Shown one piece after another: positions 40,400 through 50,512 of a stretch of DNA of 64,000 nt. Numbering within the stretch: position 1 is the first letter of the stretch; each line of letters starts with the position of its first letter. The translations under genes were made by a program, and so were the position numbers. Source of the stretch: a virus; IMG/VR virus record IMGVR_UViG_3300033153_007754, positions 32,001 to 96,000 of that record; one strand, given 5' to 3'. Below the pieces are notes generated by a model, which saw nothing but the letters and a program-made list of their open reading frames with translations, was not told the origin of the DNA and ran no database searches.

Positions 40400-41380
40400 A
40401 TGATTGAGAATACTATGTGGTGTCCAAATTGTAATGAGGGCGAGGAATTAAAGAACATTAGTGATGGAAATATAAAGTGTAGAACATGTGGGTACATAGG
40501 AAAGCCGAATTGTCTTACCAATCCGTCATCGACAGAATTGGTAACCAGTGAGGAAGATATTAACGAATTGGTAGATTGTGTTACGGATAAATCACATCAA
40601 ACAACTGGTATTGGCTTTTTTAGTGCAGGGTCTGTTGATATAATTAATTTAATAAATGAAAATGAAGGGTTATTGAAATATGATTCATATGGTTCATTTA
40701 TTTTTATTATTTGGAATGGGGAAAACACCCAAAAAGTAATAGATTTATTAAAAAAAGGCGATGTGTTTCATGCCTTTATTTTAAATCACAATCATTGGTC
40801 ATATTCACAGGAAGATACACTTAAAAGAATTTCAGGTCTAATTCAATATTGGAATAACCATACTTCATCCATTACCTATCATAAGGTAAAAAATCAACAA
40901 ATTGAATTAAATAAAAAACATGTAGAATGTATGGAAGGTATGGGAGTATATTCTACTAAAGATATTAATGATTTTATGCATCCAATATATTTACTAAACA
41001 GAATATATAAAAACAAAGAAATAACTAAAAGGGATATGGGTGAGTTAAAAAAACTTATCCCTGATAATGCTGAAGGGATTAAATTAATTGAAAATTTTAA
41101 ATCTGATGTGTGTAGAGATTTTTTTCACCATGGTCATTTAGGTTATGATGAATATTTAGATACACATCTACCCATTTACAATATGTTAATAAAAAATCTA
41201 CCAGAAAACATTAAAAAAATCATATCTGGAGGGACTGATTCTTATAGTTACTCATATGAAGAAGAATGGGGTAAAAGAATGAACCAAAATGTCCATAGAA
41301 TTGACACTGAATTTATGCTTAATCAATTAAAAGGTTTAAGGCAATATGCTAGACTATTAATAGATATAGAAAAAAACTAA
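40400..41380 (+). CDS. hypothetical early protein with N-terminal Zn ribbon
   Basis: CPNC..CRTC; AGGAG RBS. Confidence 0.7.
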   Translation: MIENTMWCPNCNEGEELKNISDGNIKCRTCGYIGKPNCLTNPSSTELVTSEEDINELVDCVTDKSHQTTGIGFFSAGSVDIINLINENEGLLKYDSYGSFIFIIWNGENTQKVIDLLKKGDVFHAFILNHNHWSYSQEDTLKRISGLIQYWNNHTSSITYHKVKNQQIELNKKHVECMEGMGVYSTKDINDFMHPIYLLNRIYKNKEITKRDMGELKKLIPDNAEGIKLIENFKSDVCRDFFHHGHLGYDEYLDTHLPIYNMLIKNLPENIKKIISGGTDSYSYSYEEEWGKRMNQNVHRIDTEFMLNQLKGLRQYARLLIDIEKN

Positions 41381-41415
41381 ACAATCCCCAATTAAATAAA
41401 ATAAAATAAAAACGC

Positions 41416-41467
41416 TTGACGAATCCCGAAAAATCAGTATACTCTAAGTAGATGGTAATTAAGCCAT
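41416..41467 (+). promoter_or_regulatory. early promoter plus conserved ATGGTAATTAAGCCAT hairpin
   Basis: TTGACG-16-TATACT, then the motif at 41452-41467. Confidence 0.75.
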
Positions 41468-41485
41468 AACCCAAGGGAGGATACT

Positions 41486-42073
41486 ATGAAAGTCATTGAA
41501 TCAAATAACGCATATATGCAGAAAGCGGAATCAATAATTATAACTTTTATTCAACCTATGTTTCATAGGGATTATAAGAATTCTTTAATGTATAATATCA
41601 AAGAAGTGTTATCATACCTATCAAAAAGAAAAAACACACCATCATTAAGCCTACATTGGTTGAATATGTCTTTAGAAAATGGATTCACTCACATGGCATT
41701 AAATAAAAGAATAGAAAAAAAAACTATAAAAAAACTTAATAAAATTAGATTAAAAAAAATATCATTATCCGATAATGAATATAGGTTACTGGGTACACAC
41801 ATTGGTTTAAATGGTAGTAATTCAATTAACTCTTTGGTTGATGATAACTATTCTTATGTTGCACTAGAAGATTATAAGGATGGAACTAATTTTTCAAAAC
41901 ATAAAATAGCCGGTTTAATATCTTCATTAGAAGAAAAAGGTTTTATATATAATGAAGATATTGGTCAAAATACTTTATATGTATTAAATGTTGATTATTT
42001 ATTAGAATATATTTTAACTGAGGAAGAATGTAGTATGTCTTTTTGGGATTGGGAATTATTCAGAGTGAAATAA
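41486..42073 (+). CDS. hypothetical early protein, possible winged-helix C-terminus
   Basis: SKHKIAGLISSLEEKGFI wHTH-like segment. Confidence 0.65.
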   Translation: MKVIESNNAYMQKAESIIITFIQPMFHRDYKNSLMYNIKEVLSYLSKRKNTPSLSLHWLNMSLENGFTHMALNKRIEKKTIKKLNKIRLKKISLSDNEYRLLGTHIGLNGSNSINSLVDDNYSYVALEDYKDGTNFSKHKIAGLISSLEEKGFIYNEDIGQNTLYVLNVDYLLEYILTEEECSMSFWDWELFRVK

Positions 42074-42131
42074 AACATCAGACCTAAACAAGTCTTAAAA
42101 CTGTTTTTTTTTCATTAGGAGGGTTGTAATA

Positions 42132-42875
42132 ATGTATAAGTACACGGTAACATTGATATGTTACCAAAACAGGAAGTTTTTAGAAATCGTATTCATTGTC
42201 ACATCAATATGTGGTTTAGAACATTTTAGTGGTGGTGAATTATTGGATATTATCGAAAAATTAAACATTGATATTGTATTTGATACTTCAATTATATGTG
42301 ACGATTGGGAATCAGATGTAGATTTTAAAATAATACACCAAAATGAATTGGTGTTAAAAGATGAAAACAAAATAAACACCAAATTTAAAATTAAAGCTGA
42401 TGAATTAAATAGTGATATATTAAAACATAAATTAGAAAGTCTAAAATTAAAGTGTGAAAAATATGATTTTATAAGTGAGATTTTAGAATCAGAAACAAGA
42501 AATTTAACTAAGGATGAAAAATTGTTTCATAGTGGTTTTAGTTTTGAATATGACGAATATATGTATTTTAAAGAAAGAAGAATGAAGGAATTTATAATTG
42601 ACAGGAAGGGTAGAATACATAGGGTTGCTGAAAACCTTTATTTTTCCCGTTGGGGTTGGGATGGTACATCATTTCATGATAAAATCACCAAACCATTTTT
42701 CCAAAATGTTAAATACCCTAAATCACATGCAGTTAATAAAGGATGGATTATAATTGGTAGCCATGTTGGATTTAAAATTATTGTAATGCCAACAATAAGA
42801 CAAATAGAAACATTAAAAAAATTGGGTTGGCATAGTATATGGTTTAATGGTGAATATTTAAATATTAATAATTAG
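42132..42875 (+). CDS. hypothetical protein
   Basis: AGGAGG RBS, 247 aa. Confidence 0.65.
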   Translation: MYKYTVTLICYQNRKFLEIVFIVTSICGLEHFSGGELLDIIEKLNIDIVFDTSIICDDWESDVDFKIIHQNELVLKDENKINTKFKIKADELNSDILKHKLESLKLKCEKYDFISEILESETRNLTKDEKLFHSGFSFEYDEYMYFKERRMKEFIIDRKGRIHRVAENLYFSRWGWDGTSFHDKITKPFFQNVKYPKSHAVNKGWIIIGSHVGFKIIVMPTIRQIETLKKLGWHSIWFNGEYLNINN

Positions 42876-42884
42876 GAGGATAGT

Positions 42885-43037
42885 ATGTGTGTTCAAAAAG
42901 AAAATGTAATGAACCAAACAACAGGGTTTGGTTTTTTTAGTGCTGGTGATATTGAACACATTAACACTAAATTCATGCTTAATCAATTAAGAGGTGTAAT
43001 TCAATGCCTTAGATTATTAACAGATATAGGAAAATAG
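42885..43037 (+). CDS. 50 aa internally deleted mini-paralogue of 40400..41380
   Basis: AGGAGG RBS; QTTGFGFFSAG and INTKFMLNQLRG...RLLTDIGK match two distant parts of the 326 aa protein. Confidence 0.65.
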   Translation: MCVQKENVMNQTTGFGFFSAGDIEHINTKFMLNQLRGVIQCLRLLTDIGK

Positions 43038-43058
43038 GAACACACTATTCTCTCAAAA

Positions 43059-44147
43059 CTAAACAATACCCATCTCAATCAAATTAAAAATAAAATTTTC
43101 ATAATTACTGACAGTTCCAGCAAAAGTATCAAAGTTTAACGAATCTATATACCCATTTAATATAGCTGGTTGTAGAATATCTAATTTCACCACAATATCT
43201 TTTAATAAAATTGTATCAACATAACCATATTTAATATATTTTTTGTAATCATTTAAGTATAACTTTTCAAGGTTACCTTCATCGTGGTAATTAACTTTCC
43301 CATATTCATCACCTAAAATTGTTTTTGCAACATAATCTAAAGAATATTTTGGAAGTGGTGGGTAATACACTTTTAATAAATCCATACTATCTATCTGTGA
43401 AACCCCCAAAATATCAACAGCATCATATTCACCAAATTTATCCCTGCCTGTATAAGTTCTTACCTTACCAAAAGGTGAAAAGTTCTTACCACCGAGACCA
43501 ATTTTTTCAGCACGATAATAGAGATATGGGTCATCAAATTTAGAACCATTATGTGCTATTATGATATCATTATTTTCTTTTAAATATTCAAAGAAATGTG
43601 ATATTAAATCTTTTTCGTTTTCAAAATGTTTATAATAATCATATGTCTGAGTATAATCTTCTTTGTAACCAAAAGCAAAACTATGTTTTTTATTAAAATC
43701 ATAACCTGTTATTAGTGTTACAGCGTGTTTGGCTTCTTTAACATTCACTCTTTTACCATCGAACCTGGTTTCTATGTCATAATAAAGTGGCCGTGGAATG
43801 TTTAAATCCATTAAATCTACATCCAAACTAAAGTTTTTACTGATATATTGACACTCTATAGTATCAACACCATACAAATCTATTTCACCATCTTTTTTCA
43901 ATGTTCGTAATAAATTTTTATATTCTTTAATGTCGTTTGATTTATATTCAGCAACATTAACACCTTCTATTGTAACACAAGTGTTTTCACTTTCATTTGC
44001 AGATTCTATATATAACCTTAAAGGCATTTGTTTTATTATTTTTGAAACATATTCTAATGTCATAAAATCATAATATTTTAAATATAATTTATTTCTATAT
44101 TCCTTGATATAAGTATATTGTTGTTTTATTTCCATGTTATTACCCAT
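43059..44147 (-). CDS. family B DNA polymerase, N-terminal/3'-5' exonuclease part (gp43A-like)
   Basis: ExoI YYDIET, ExoII HNGSKFDDPYL, YSLDYVA, ExoIII YGYVD. Confidence 0.9.
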   Translation of the reverse strand: MGNNMEIKQQYTYIKEYRNKLYLKYYDFMTLEYVSKIIKQMPLRLYIESANESENTCVTIEGVNVAEYKSNDIKEYKNLLRTLKKDGEIDLYGVDTIECQYISKNFSLDVDLMDLNIPRPLYYDIETRFDGKRVNVKEAKHAVTLITGYDFNKKHSFAFGYKEDYTQTYDYYKHFENEKDLISHFFEYLKENNDIIIAHNGSKFDDPYLYYRAEKIGLGGKNFSPFGKVRTYTGRDKFGEYDAVDILGVSQIDSMDLLKVYYPPLPKYSLDYVAKTILGDEYGKVNYHDEGNLEKLYLNDYKKYIKYGYVDTILLKDIVVKLDILQPAILNGYIDSLNFDTFAGTVSNYENFIFNLIEMGIV

Positions 44148-44349
44148 TCTTGAAAAGAATAATTATAGTTTTTTTTTGATATTTAAGGAATCTTTTTTTG
44201 TTAAGATTTCATTTCATTAAGTTGATTCTTAATGTCTTTAACGTCATTTTCTGATAGTTTAACTCCACCCAGACGTTCATCCACATCATTTAATATTTCG
44301 CTCAATTCATCTAAATGTTCACTCATTTTTACCTCCATATATTAACTTT

Positions 44350-44658
44350 TTATTTAGTGATAATATTCACCAATTTTTTAGGAATAAGAACTATCTTTTC
44401 GATATTTTTATCACCAATATATTTTATTACAGCCGAATTATTCATAGCAAGTCTTTCAATTGCACCCTTGTCTTCATCTTTATATATAACTTCTTTCCCT
44501 ATTAATTTCCCATCCACTTGAAAAATGACAACTGTATATTCACCCTCTTCTTTCCATCCACATTTAGTTGATTCAATATATGAAAAAGGGTTGAGAAAAA
44601 AACAATCAATACATTCTGCTATATCATTAATAAGTATTTCACGTATTTCATCAATCAT
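44350..44658 (-). CDS. hypothetical protein
   Basis: 102 aa, overlapping the upstream stop codon. Confidence 0.55.
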   Translation of the reverse strand: MIDEIREILINDIAECIDCFFLNPFSYIESTKCGWKEEGEYTVVIFQVDGKLIGKEVIYKDEDKGAIERLAMNNSAVIKYIGDKNIEKIVLIPKKLVNIITK

Positions 44659-45014
44659 TTTTTACCACCATGTTGATTTAATAAAAGTTCAATTTCTTTA
44701 TCTTCTTCATCAGTTGTATCAAGACCTTTATCTTCTGTCAATAAATTGTTTACTTCGATTAATTTATTTAATAACACCATGTTACTTGTATTGTAGCCAT
44801 CTAAAGTAATCCTTAAAGAATCATGTATCTCTTTAATTAACTTAATTAACCCTAAATCAACATCTTCATTATTATTATTATCTGCACGTTGCATCAATTT
44901 CTTTAAAAATTGTTTTAAATCCTTTATTGATTCTTTATATTCTTTACGGATAAAAACAACTTCATTGTTAAACGCTTTTACATTCCCCTCTATTTTAATA
45001 ACATCCTTATCCAT
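44655..45014 (-). CDS. helical hypothetical protein, possibly small terminase (gp16-like)
   Basis: size and helical pattern only. Confidence 0.35.
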   Translation of the reverse strand: MDKDVIKIEGNVKAFNNEVVFIRKEYKESIKDLKQFLKKLMQRADNNNNEDVDLGLIKLIKEIHDSLRITLDGYNTSNMVLLNKLIEVNNLLTEDKGLDTTDEEDKEIELLLNQHGGKK

Positions 45015-45642
45015 AGTAATCACCAATATTAAATTTAATAACAAATTCAAATATATGTTTAAAATCACCTTCTTTATCAAATTGATAATTAACACCAACT
45101 TCATCATCATATTCATGTAAAAGATTCACCCCATTTGGTGGTAAATTTGTTAAATAATTTTCTGTGTTATGATATAAATAAAGTAACATAACACTTTCAT
45201 AATAATTCTCTAAACTAGATAAAATCTCTTCACTAATATTTTTCCAATTAATTATCTTTCTTATGTATAAATAATAAGAATCAGTGTTATAATTTAATAA
45301 CATATTGTTTAATGCAGTACTATCATTTTCGTCAACAAATTTTAAATATCTTGTTACAAAAGGTGTAACATTCTTATCAACATGTATTTTATCATAATCA
45401 TTAGAATCACCTGTATCATAGCAAAGCGTTAATAAGCCATCCGCATCTGAAAGTATATTATTTAACAATAAAACATTTGGGTCAGAGCTTCTAATATCTT
45501 CATATGTTGTTGTTGCCGTTGCTGTATTTATTTTATCTTTAGATAAAAGTAAATATAAAAATTTACCATTTTTAATAAATCTCACAATCATTTTTATTAT
45601 ACCAGCATTAACAGCATTAAAAATCGTATTTTGTTTACTCAT
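45007..45642 (-). CDS. putative baseplate/structural protein
   Basis: 211 aa in a structural operon. Confidence 0.5.
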   Translation of the reverse strand: MSKQNTIFNAVNAGIIKMIVRFIKNGKFLYLLLSKDKINTATATTTYEDIRSSDPNVLLLNNILSDADGLLTLCYDTGDSNDYDKIHVDKNVTPFVTRYLKFVDENDSTALNNMLLNYNTDSYYLYIRKIINWKNISEEILSSLENYYESVMLLYLYHNTENYLTNLPPNGVNLLHEYDDEVGVNYQFDKEGDFKHIFEFVIKFNIGDYYG

Positions 45643-45644
45643 GT

Positions 45645-47288
45645 TTACCTCTCATTTAAATAACGATAAACACCACTATCTTTATCATAGTAACCTAAAA
45701 TAACATATTCCCCATAATACCCCGTTAGCTCTGTTTTAGTTGCACCACCAGCATCTTCCACTAATTTTAGTTCACCACTTAAATGTGATTCTAAAAGATA
45801 AAATGATTTAACAGCTCCTTCATTTGCGTAACTTTTTAATATAAATGCATTATTTAAAATTATATTACTTGATGTAAACAATGGTTTTATTATAATGCTA
45901 TCAGTACCACTTTCTTTAACCAACATACCATCAAACATATTATTTTCATTTGCGAATTCAGTGTTTTTAGGTAAATTAATTAAAAATTGTTTTCTTTCTG
46001 TTATGTTTCCTAAAGCCATATTAACATTTAATGGCATTACACATAAATAATCATCATTTTTTCGCATAACAATATAATCATTTGTTATATACGCAACATC
46101 AGATAAATTAAAAACTTCATCATTTAAAATGTCATCATTATTGTCTTTTTGGATTGGTATATTCCATTGTGATAATAATACACCAGTATTTAAATCAAGT
46201 GATTGCATAAATGTATTATCACCGTTTTTATTTGGTGATGCCCTAAACAACACAAAAACCTGTCTGATAATATCTATTTGGTGTGATATATAATCCGTAT
46301 CAGTCAAACTAATTGCTTGTATTACACTCACATCTGTATTATTTACGGTAACACTACTTCCAGTTCCACTTAATGTAAAATAACCAACATTTAGATTATC
46401 CACACCTGAAGTACCTGTAATATACCACATGTTTGAACCTGATGTTGTTATGTACATTTGCCTAAAATTGGTGGCTGAATTAATTGTCAATGAACCAGTA
46501 TTTAATGAAAGAGGGTACGGAATTGCGTCCGAAGCTACATATGCAATACTAACAGTTGTATCATACGGATTTACACCATAGATAGATGTTATAATAGCAT
46601 AATCATTATCCATATCATATGTTACATCATAGCTTTGTATAGTCTCTGTTGTTGAGTTACCAAGGGTTGACATAACCGTTGTAATACTTGGTGTAATAAA
46701 GTTAAATAAAAACTTAGCAGTCCAATGATATTTAGTTCCTGGTGCACCAGTTATATAATTAGTAGCAGTAACATAAAAACCCAGTGATTGACTTCCAGAA
46801 TCATAATAACAATAAATGTGAGAGTTTTGTGAGGTTTTTTCCTGTAATATTTGGTTTGTTGTTATTACCTCACTATGTTCTCCATTATAAAAATCTAGTG
46901 TATCACCATTTAATCCATCATATTTAACAAAAAGATGTGTTTCGTTATTGTATTCATATAGAACTAAATAAAAAATAATACTATAATCACCCCCAATCAT
47001 ATAATATTTTTTTACTTCATGAATATAAGTATAATCCACCCCTAAATTAAATGTCATATATCCATCGTTTAATGTGGATGGTATGCTTATACCTTCAGGT
47101 GTATTGATATACACTAAATGTTCACTTTGAAATTCAGGTGCATCTAATACAGAAACTTGGTGTTTTTTAAACATATCTGTTTCCGTGTTGAAATTATTCT
47201 CAACTAATTTGTTGTATTTTTCGTAAAACTCTTTAATTTTATTGGTACTTGGAATGACCAGTAAATCCGATTTTGGATATAAACTCAT
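45645..47288 (-). CDS. putative virion structural protein (beta-rich)
   Basis: Thr/Ser/Gly/Tyr-rich; GAGG RBS before MSLYPK. Confidence 0.55.
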   Translation of the reverse strand: MSLYPKSDLLVIPSTNKIKEFYEKYNKLVENNFNTETDMFKKHQVSVLDAPEFQSEHLVYINTPEGISIPSTLNDGYMTFNLGVDYTYIHEVKKYYMIGGDYSIIFYLVLYEYNNETHLFVKYDGLNGDTLDFYNGEHSEVITTNQILQEKTSQNSHIYCYYDSGSQSLGFYVTATNYITGAPGTKYHWTAKFLFNFITPSITTVMSTLGNSTTETIQSYDVTYDMDNDYAIITSIYGVNPYDTTVSIAYVASDAIPYPLSLNTGSLTINSATNFRQMYITTSGSNMWYITGTSGVDNLNVGYFTLSGTGSSVTVNNTDVSVIQAISLTDTDYISHQIDIIRQVFVLFRASPNKNGDNTFMQSLDLNTGVLLSQWNIPIQKDNNDDILNDEVFNLSDVAYITNDYIVMRKNDDYLCVMPLNVNMALGNITERKQFLINLPKNTEFANENNMFDGMLVKESGTDSIIIKPLFTSSNIILNNAFILKSYANEGAVKSFYLLESHLSGELKLVEDAGGATKTELTGYYGEYVILGYYDKDSGVYRYLNER

Positions 47289-47301
47289 ATTTTTTAAACT
47301 C

Positions 47302-47814
47302 CTATAAAAAATCCATTGTGAAATATTCATATATAAATTCGACATCTACTGTTTTATACACAACGTCTTGTATAAGTGATGTTCTATTAATACGACTATA
47401 ACTCGCAAATATAGTATTGTGATAAGTTATTTTAATAAGAGGTTTTTTAGAAACATTATCCATTTTAAAAACAACTAAATTAAAACGATTAGCGTCTTCA
47501 CTAATTCTATGTTTTAATGAAGACATATCTATTAGATTTTCAGCAAAATATTTATATAAAAATTTCATAATATTCCACTTATTATCTAAAATAAACGGAA
47601 TAGTAATATTTTCAAAATTCAATATTGTATCAACAATTATGTGTTCATAACCGTTTCTATGGTTCTTTTTTTTAGTGAAATTCAGACCCATCCCAACTAA
47701 ATCAACACTTAAGGCATAATGTTCTAAATTTTCACCACCTTTAAAATCAAATACGATTAAATAATTATTGTCAATGTCAAAATTCTTTGGTAGTTCACCT
47801 GTAAATTCAATCAT
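47302..47814 (-). CDS. tail tube-like/tail completion protein (gp3/gp54-like)
   Basis: FENITIPFILDNKW and VDVEFIYEYF motifs. Confidence 0.6.
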   Translation of the reverse strand: MIEFTGELPKNFDIDNNYLIVFDFKGGENLEHYALSVDLVGMGLNFTKKKNHRNGYEHIIVDTILNFENITIPFILDNKWNIMKFLYKYFAENLIDMSSLKHRISEDANRFNLVVFKMDNVSKKPLIKITYHNTIFASYSRINRTSLIQDVVYKTVDVEFIYEYFTMDFL

Positions 47815-48048
47815 TTACGCAATCCATATTCTAATGCCATAAATTATCGTTTGGTTTAATGGTGTATCGTTAAAATAAATTGCCTGTGTTGCGTCTTCTG
47901 TTATTTTAAAACTCCCCGTTTCAAAATCAATTGATAAACCCTCATTTGCAAAAACAGTAATATCGTTTTCTGTATTATAATCTTCTAAATTATGTTTTTT
48001 TTGAAATGTTTTAAATAATTCATTAAATTCTCTAATATATTCACCCAC
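47815..48048 (-). CDS. hypothetical protein
   Basis: GTG start with GGGG RBS; abuts the next gene. Confidence 0.5.
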   Translation of the reverse strand: MGEYIREFNELFKTFQKKHNLEDYNTENDITVFANEGLSIDFETGSFKITEDATQAIYFNDTPLNQTIIYGIRIWIA

Positions 48049-48074
48049 AAATAACCCCTAAATATATAATCTAT

Positions 48075-48371
48075 TTATAGAAAATCGTTAATACCATTGC
48101 TTTTTTTATTTTTCTTGAATTCATTAAAGAAATAACCACCATCTTTATATAGTTTCTGAATTCTATCTTTAAAAAAGCCTGGCATATTTTTATTGAAATC
48201 ATCTAATTCATTATCATCTTCTACGTTATACATACTCAACGCATTTACTAATAATTTAGCTATATTATCACCTTCTACATAATCTTCATAAACTTTATTC
48301 CAAATTATGTTATAAAATTTATTCTTTAGTGCTGTGTCATTTTTTAAATCTTTAAAGCTGTGAAAATCCAT
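48075..48371 (-). CDS. hypothetical protein coupled to the PolB gene (weak gp62-like resemblance)
   Basis: TAATG overlap with the polymerase stop; LLVNALSMY. Confidence 0.45.
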   Translation of the reverse strand: MDFHSFKDLKNDTALKNKFYNIIWNKVYEDYVEGDNIAKLLVNALSMYNVEDDNELDDFNKNMPGFFKDRIQKLYKDGGYFFNEFKKNKKSNGINDFL

Positions 48372-50287
48372 TAAAAGTACTCCCTAAAATTGTTTGTTTT
48401 TTTCAATTGCCATCCGGCCGCCCCTAATAAAATATTTAAACTAGATAGATAAAAAGCATCAAATTGTAAATCATAATCTATATCAGTTACAAAATATTTC
48501 ATCATTTCTAAATTTCTAAAAGTGATTGTATCACCTTTACCCGTAAATTGTTTATTTGCCTTTAAATACACGAAATAAGCATAATCACCATTTTCAATAA
48601 AAGATGTTGGGATATTGTGTTTTCTAATTAAATAATTACAATAAGCTGCGCCCCTAAGTATTGGAGTTGCTTTTGGTTGTATTACATAATCAGCTTTTTT
48701 TATTATCTTATTATCTTTAAATAATTTTCTATAAGTATTTATCTTATAAGCATTTTTTAATGCATTATGTGTACTATATTCTTTTATATATTTGTGATAT
48801 TTATTTACCTTTGTGTTTTGTGCAATTTGTGTTATATCCATAGTTTTAAATTCTTTTCTTATTTTTTCAACAAATCCCCTTAATTCATCAATTTTATTTC
48901 TAAATATTATATCAACACTATGTTCTAACCACTTTGTTATAACAACCGGGTACGAAACATTTTTTGTAGATAACCCCGTTGTTTTTAATTTGTATGGTGT
49001 AAAAAACTTACCTTCGTCATACAAAGTTTTCATTACGTATTTTTTCTTTTCAACGTGCAAAGCCGCTTCATTAATCTTTTCAATTTTCATTTTCATTTTA
49101 TATTCAAATTTATTAATATAGTCACTACTATTTTTAAATGTTGTATCAATTATTGGTTGTGCAACCTTTTCATTAAATACTAAAATATCATTAATTAGTT
49201 CCTTGTTGGTTGCATAGACTTTGTTTTTATATAGTGCCTGTATAAGTGGGTCAATATTTACGTAAACCGAATCTGTGTCTATATATATAGATGGTTCATA
49301 ATCTTTGTAATCTGGAAACATAATTTTAAAATTATCTGTTACGGATTTAGCAATAGATTTAATATAATATTGGCTTAAAGATGTTATTGCATTTGCAACA
49401 TCCAAATCATAATATTTGTAATAAGCATTCGCAAAAGCACCATAACCCTTGTTTAAATTCCGTTTAAATGCTAAATCTTTCGTTCTGTAAACCCTTTCTT
49501 GTTCACCCCAATATTTAATGTTCTTTTCGTCATTGTTTTCTTTAGCTTTATTTAATCCATCAATAGCATTACTTCTATGTGCTTTTGCAACTAAACGTTT
49601 ATCATATAAATAATTCATAGCCACACACATAACACTTTTCTTGTTTAGTTTAAAAAACATAAGATTTGGTGTTACTGATAAATTATACTTTTCTAAAAAA
49701 CCACCAAAATCTATTGTTCTTGTTACCATCAAATCTATTGTTGCGGCTAAAATATCTCTATAAAGTGGGTCACTCGATTTTCTATATAAAATGTTAAAAT
49801 ATGATTTTGGAAATTCAAAACTTAATAAATCATCTTTTCTATATTCATCTGTTTTAATTAATAAGTATTCCCCACCTCTTTTAACTGCAATTCTTTTACC
49901 TTCTTCAATTTTTTCTTTTTTTAATTTACCAGTTCCATCAAAAAAATGATGATAAAAAGTAGAACCCTTTCTGCTATACATAGACTTTGTCATTTTCTTT
50001 ATAGGAACGTGTCTACCTTTGCCAGTTTCAAACACATTGAATATCTCAACCTGTTTAAATAAATGTTCCCTAAAGTCAATTGGTAAATCAGCCAACATTA
50101 TTTTATTTTCCTTTCCAATATTAGCTGTCATAATAGCGGATGGATATTCCGAGTTAACATCAAAAGACATTGTAAAACCATACAATCCACGTTTAGTTAA
50201 ATAATTATAACCACCCAAATAAGGGTACTTTTCTGAATGTGCAACAAAACGCCCACTAACCAATTTTCTATTCATATTTTGCACCAC
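48371..50287 (-). CDS. family B DNA polymerase, polymerase domain (gp43B-like)
   Basis: YLGGY, motif A FDVNSEYPS, motif B KRNLNKGYG, motif C YIDTDSVY, KKKY, IDYD. Confidence 0.93.
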   Translation of the reverse strand: MVQNMNRKLVSGRFVAHSEKYPYLGGYNYLTKRGLYGFTMSFDVNSEYPSAIMTANIGKENKIMLADLPIDFREHLFKQVEIFNVFETGKGRHVPIKKMTKSMYSRKGSTFYHHFFDGTGKLKKEKIEEGKRIAVKRGGEYLLIKTDEYRKDDLLSFEFPKSYFNILYRKSSDPLYRDILAATIDLMVTRTIDFGGFLEKYNLSVTPNLMFFKLNKKSVMCVAMNYLYDKRLVAKAHRSNAIDGLNKAKENNDEKNIKYWGEQERVYRTKDLAFKRNLNKGYGAFANAYYKYYDLDVANAITSLSQYYIKSIAKSVTDNFKIMFPDYKDYEPSIYIDTDSVYVNIDPLIQALYKNKVYATNKELINDILVFNEKVAQPIIDTTFKNSSDYINKFEYKMKMKIEKINEAALHVEKKKYVMKTLYDEGKFFTPYKLKTTGLSTKNVSYPVVITKWLEHSVDIIFRNKIDELRGFVEKIRKEFKTMDITQIAQNTKVNKYHKYIKEYSTHNALKNAYKINTYRKLFKDNKIIKKADYVIQPKATPILRGAAYCNYLIRKHNIPTSFIENGDYAYFVYLKANKQFTGKGDTITFRNLEMMKYFVTDIDYDLQFDAFYLSSLNILLGAAGWQLKKTNNFREYF

Positions 50288-50507
50288 AAATTATTTGGGT
50301 TTTTCTCTTATTAAACAATAATAAATCATCACATTTGAGACACTTTTTATCAGCCACAAGGCAATTTTTTTTATCACAAACATTTTGTGTTATCTTATTA
50401 TTAATTATTGTAAATAAACTAATTAAATTAACATTTGCATCTTCTATATATTTATTATCATCACTTTCTTTATATGGTTTCCCAAACATTATTTTATATT
50501 CCATCAT
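50268..50507 (-). CDS. small Cys-containing hypothetical protein
   Basis: lies between the dnaN-like gene and polB on the same strand. Confidence 0.5.
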   Translation of the reverse strand: MMEYKIMFGKPYKESDDNKYIEDANVNLISLFTIINNKITQNVCDKKNCLVADKKCLKCDDLLLFNKRKTQIICGAKYE

Positions 50508-50512
50508 ATCCC

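Noticed and set aside
43059-50287. Split intein or intron joining the polymerase halves
   Set aside because: Neither the gp43A C-terminus nor the gp43B N-terminus has intein blocks, and no intron-like structure is evident.
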